This document shows positions 59,281-64,000 of a stretch of DNA of 64,000 nt, in pieces (the first letter of the stretch is position 1; each line of letters begins with the position of its first letter). The stretch lies in contig NC_047019.1 of assembly GCF_902652985.1 (NCBI RefSeq), positions 14,190,097-14,254,096 of the forward strand, written 5' to 3'. The notes beneath the pieces were generated by a model that saw nothing but the letters and a program-made list of their open reading frames with translations, made no database searches and was not told where the DNA came from. This DNA is from Pecten maximus. Taxonomy: Eukaryota. The position numbers were made by a program, and so were the translations under genes.

Positions 59281-62200
59281 AGTGACTGTATCAACACAAT
59301 TGTCATGTAAGTACTATGACTGTATCCATACATCCACACAATTGTCATGTAAGTACTATGACTGTATCCATACATCCACACAATTGTCATGTAAGTACTA
59401 TGACTGTATCCATACATCCACACAATTGTCATGTTAGTACTATGACTGAATCCATACATCCACACAATTGTCATGTAAGTACTATGACTGTATCCATACA
59501 TCCACACAATTGTCATGTAAGTACTATGACTGTATCCATACATCCACACAATTGTCATGTTAGTACTATGACTGTATCCATACATCCACACAATTGTCAT
59601 GTTAGTACTATGACTGTATCCATACATCCACACAATTGTCATGTTAGTACTATGACTGAATCCATACATCCACACAATTGTCATGTAAGTACTATGACTG
59701 TATCCATACATCCACACAATTGTCATGTAAGTACTATGACTGTATCCATACATCCACACAATTGTCATGTAAGTACTACGACTGTATCCATACATCCACA
59801 CAATTGCCATGTAAGTACTATGACTGTATCCATACATCCACACAATTGTCATGTTAGTACTATGACTGTATCCATACATCCACACAATTGTCATGTTAGT
59901 ACTATGACTGAATCCATACATCCACACAATTGTCATGTAAGTACTACGACTGTATCCATACATCCACACAATTGTCATGTTAGTACTATGACTGTATCCA
60001 TACATCCACACAATTGTCTTGTACGTACTATGACTGTATCCATACATCCACACAATTGTCATGTAAGTACTACGACTGTATCCATACATCCACACAATTG
60101 TCATGTAAGTACTATGACTGTATCCATACATCCACACAATTGTCATGTTAGTACTATGACTGAATCCATACATCCACACAATTGTCATGTAAGTACTACG
60201 ACTGAATCCATACATCCATACAATTGTCATGTAAGTACTATGACTGTATCCATACATCCACACAATTGCCATGTAAGTACTATGACTGTATCCATACATC
60301 CACACAATTGTCATGTAAGTACTATGACTGTATCCATACATCCACACAATTGTCATGTAAGTACTATGACTGTATCCATACATCCACACAATTGTCATGT
60401 AAGTACTATGACTGAATCCATACATCCATACAATTGTCATGTAAGTACTACGACTGAATCCATACATCCACACAATTGTCATGTAAGTACTATGACTGTA
60501 TCCATACATCCACACAATTGTCATGTTAGTACTATGACTGAATCCATACATCCACACAATTGTCATGTAAGTACTACGACTGAATCCATACATCCATACA
60601 ATTGTCATGTAAGTACTATGACTGTATCCATACATCCACACAATTGCCATGTAAGTACTATGACTGTATCCATACATCCACACAATTGTCATGTACGTAC
60701 TATGACTGTATCCATACATCCACACAATTGTCATGTAAGTACTATGATTGTATCCATACATCCACACAATTGTCATGTAAGTACTATGACTGTATCCATA
60801 CATCCACACAATTGTCATGTAAGTACTATGACTGTATCCATACATCCACACAATTGTCATGTTAGTACTATGACTGTATCCATACATCCACACAATTGCC
60901 ATGTAAGTACTATGACTGTATCCATACATCCACACAATTGTCATGTAAGTACTATGACTGAATCCATACATCCACACAATTGTCATGTAAGTACTATGAT
61001 TGTATCCATACATCCACACAATTGTCATGTAAGTACTACGACTGTATCCATACATCCACACAATTGTCATGTAAGTACTACGACTGTATCCATACATCCA
61101 CACAATTGTCATGTTAGTACTATGACTGAATCCATACATCCACACAATTGTCATGTAAGTACTATGACTGAATCCATACATCCACACAATTGTCATGTTA
61201 GTACTACAACTGTATCCATACATCCACACAATTGTCATGTTAGTACTATGACTGTATCCATACATCCACACAATTGTCATGTTAGTACTATGACTGAATC
61301 CATACATCCACACAATTGTCATGTAAGTACTACAACTGTATCCATACATCCACACAATTGTCATGTAAGTACTATGACTGAATCCATACATCCACACAAT
61401 TGTCATGTTAGTACTATGACTGAATCCATACATCCACACAATTGTCATGTTAGTACTATGACTGAATCCATACATCCACACAATTGTCATGTTAGTACTA
61501 TGACTGAATCCATACATCCACACAATTGTCATGTAAGTACTATGACTGAATCCATACATCCACACAATTGTCATGTTAGTACTATGACTGAATCCATACA
61601 TCCACACAATTGTCATGTTAGTACTATGACTGAATCCATACATCCACACAATTGTCATGTAAGTACTATGACTGAATCCATACATCCACACAATTGTCAT
61701 GTTAGTACTACAACTGTATCCATACATCCACACAATTGTCATGTACGTACTATGACTGAATCCATACATCCACACAATTGTCATGTTAGTACTATGACTG
61801 TATCCATACATCCACACAATTGTCATGTAAGTACTATGACTGAATCCATACATCCACACAATTGTCATGTTAGTACTACGACTGAATCCATACATCCACA
61901 CAATTGTCATGTAAGTACTATGACTGTATCAATACATCCACACAATTGTCATGTTAGTACTATGACTGAATCCATACATCCACACAATTGTCATGTTAGT
62001 ACTATGACTGAATCCATACATCCACACAATTGCCATGTAAGTACTATGACTGAATCCATACATCCACACAATTGTCATGTTAGTACTATGACTGAATCCA
62101 TACATCCACACAATTGTCATGTAAGTACTATGACTGAATCCATACATCCACACAATTGTCATGTAAGTACTATGACTGAATCCATACATCCACACAATTG

Positions 62201-64000
62201 TCTTGTAAGTACTATGACTGAATCCATACATCCACACAATTGCCATGTAAGTACTATGACTGAATCCATACATCCACACAATTGTCATGTAAGTACTATG
62301 ACTGTATCCATACATCCACACAATTGTCATGTAAGTACTATGACTGAATCCATACATCCACACAATTGTCATGTTAGTACTACAACTGTATCCATACATC
62401 CACACAATTGTCATGTTAGTACTATGACTGTATCCATACATCCACACAATTGTCATGTTAGTACTATGACTGAATCCATACATCCACACAATTGTCATGT
62501 TAGTACTATGACTGAATCCATACATCCACACAATTGCCATGTAAGTACTATGACTGTATCCATACATCCATACAATTGTCATGTAAGTACTATGACTGTA
62601 TCCATACATCCACACAATTGTCATGTAAGTACTATGACTGTATCCATACATCCACACAATTGTCATGTAAGTACTATGATTGTATCCATACATCCACACA
62701 ATTGTCATGTAAGTACTATGATTGTATCCATACATCCATACAATTGTCATGTTAGTACTATGATTGTAACCATACATCCATACAATTGTCATGTTAGTAC
62801 TATGACTGAATCCATACATCCATACAATTGTCATGTAAGTACTATGACTGTATCCATACATCCACACAATTGTCATGTAAGTACTATGACTGTATCCATA
62901 CATCCACACAATTGTCATGTAAGTACTATGATTGTATCCATACATCCACACAATTGTCATGTAAGTACTACGACTGTATCCATACATCCACACAATTGCC
63001 ATGTAAGTACTATGACTGAATCCATACATCCACACAATTGTCATGTTAGTACTATGACTGAATCCATACATCCACACAATTGTCATGTTAGTACTATGAC
63101 TGAATCCATACATCCACACAATTGCCATGTAAGTACTATGACTGTATCCATACATCCACACAATTGCCATGTACGTACTATGACTGTATCCATACATCCA
63201 CACAATTGTCATGTTAGTACTATGACTGAATCCATACATCCACACAATTGTCATGTTAGTACTATGACTGAATCCATACATCCACACAATTGCCATGTAA
63301 GTACTATGACTGTATCCATACATCCACACAATTGCCATGTAAGTACTATGACTGTATCCATACATCCACACAATTGTCATGTAAGTACTATGACTGTATC
63401 CATACATCCATACAATTGTCATGTAAGTACTATGACTGTATCCATACATCCACACAATTGTCATGTTAGTACTATGACTGTATCCATACATCCACACAAT
63501 TGTCTTGTAAGTACTATGACTGAATCCATACATCCACACAATTGCCATGTAAGTACTATGACTGTATCTATACATCCATACAATTGTCATGTAAGTACTA
63601 TGACTGTATCCATACATCCATACAATTGCCATGTAAGTACTATGACTGTATCTATACATCCATACAATTGTCATGTAAGTACTATGACTGTATCCATACA
63701 TCCATACAATTGTCATGTAAGTACTATGACTGTATCCATACATCCACACAATTGTCATGTAAGTACTATGACTGTATCCATACATCCATACAATTGCCAT
63801 GTAAGTACTATGACTGTATCTATACATCCATACAATTGTCATGTAAGTACTATGACTGTATCCATACATCCACACAATTGTCATGTAAGTACTATGACTG
63901 TATCCATACATCCATACAATTGCCATGTAAGTACTATGACTGTATCCATACATCCACACAATTGTCATGTAAGTACTATGACTGTATCCATACATCCATA
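59281..64000. repeat. 40-bp satellite B, about 118 monomers, running to the window edge
   Basis: The unit is 'atccatacatccacacaattgtcatgtaagtactatgactgt'. It resembles satellite A in the acatacc/acatcca...ttgtgaca/ttgtca blocks. The 877- and 688-aa ORFs are artefacts. Confidence 0.95.

Noticed and set aside
59277-63995. 877- and 688-aa ORFs (MTIVWMYGFSHSTY repeats) and overlapping plus-strand ORFs
   Set aside because: They are artefacts of the 40-bp satellite B.
1-64000. CRISPR arrays or prokaryotic defence islands
   Set aside because: The regular tandem repeats here have no unique spacers, and every repeat interval is itself repeated. The context is eukaryotic (GT-AG introns, polyadenylation signals, SINE and Helentron elements). 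No cas-like ORFs are present.

Overview
This window is eukaryotic nuclear DNA, not a prokaryotic locus. It is AT-rich (GC roughly 35%, estimated by eye from the sequence, not computed) and carries GT-AG introns, AATAAA signals, satellite arrays and transposon insertions. Repeat content suggests a bivalve mollusc such as an oyster; that is an inference only. About half the window is tandem repeat: a 20-bp satellite with irregular higher-order structure (1-6312), a 45-bp satellite (7470-8640), two related 40-bp satellites (49207-52175 and 59281-64000), and several minisatellites. Three protein-coding genes can be modelled from splice-site and phase consistency. (1) A 9-exon plus-strand gene (9299-20220; CDS 3519 nt, 1172 aa) encodes an NB-ARC/STAND P-loop NTPase. 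It has Walker A GSGGIGKTS, Walker B IVMLDNVDD, an RVIITSR motif and an NPLALRTI (GLPLA-like) motif, followed by TPR-like repeats and an acidic, serine-rich tail. Its roughly 145-aa N-terminal domain may be a death-fold. This NLR/Apaf-1-like innate-immunity or apoptosis candidate is the most interesting 'system' in the window. (2) A 6-exon plus-strand gene (33965-42387) encodes a small basic protein of about 213 aa of unknown function. Upstream of it lie three diverged copies of a CRE/TATA/splice-donor module that could be alternative noncoding first exons. (3) A large minus-strand gene of at least 17 exons (43500-59198) may extend past the window. It encodes a helical protein of over 1400 aa with a Lys-rich C-terminal tail. 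Its identity is not recognisable without a database search. This gene shows an unusual pattern. Four of its exon-intron junctions are tandemly duplicated or amplified. A 40-bp satellite whose first monomer supplies the exon end and its GTATGT donor follows one exon. A 47-bp minisatellite has a first unit carrying the acceptor of another exon. Two separate two-copy duplications cover donor sites. A family of Helentron-like non-autonomous elements has five copies. They share CAAGAGGCCC...GGCCTCTTG and CCAGGTGAGCT termini, a 3' palindromic hairpin, a subterminal (GTCC/GGAC)n microsatellite, internal 150-165-bp tandem arrays, and insertion between T|T. Two copies sit only 25-36 bp upstream of 3' splice sites. 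One copy carries about 20 copies of a roughly 160-bp satellite and a nested 1.4-kb DNA transposon with 20-bp TIRs. Other elements are an inverted pair of tRNA-derived SINE fragments flanking the P-loop exon, a 146-bp MITE and a non-LTR RT C-terminal fragment. No rRNA, tRNA or CRISPR feature is supported. The long two-strand ORFs inside the satellites are repeat artefacts.
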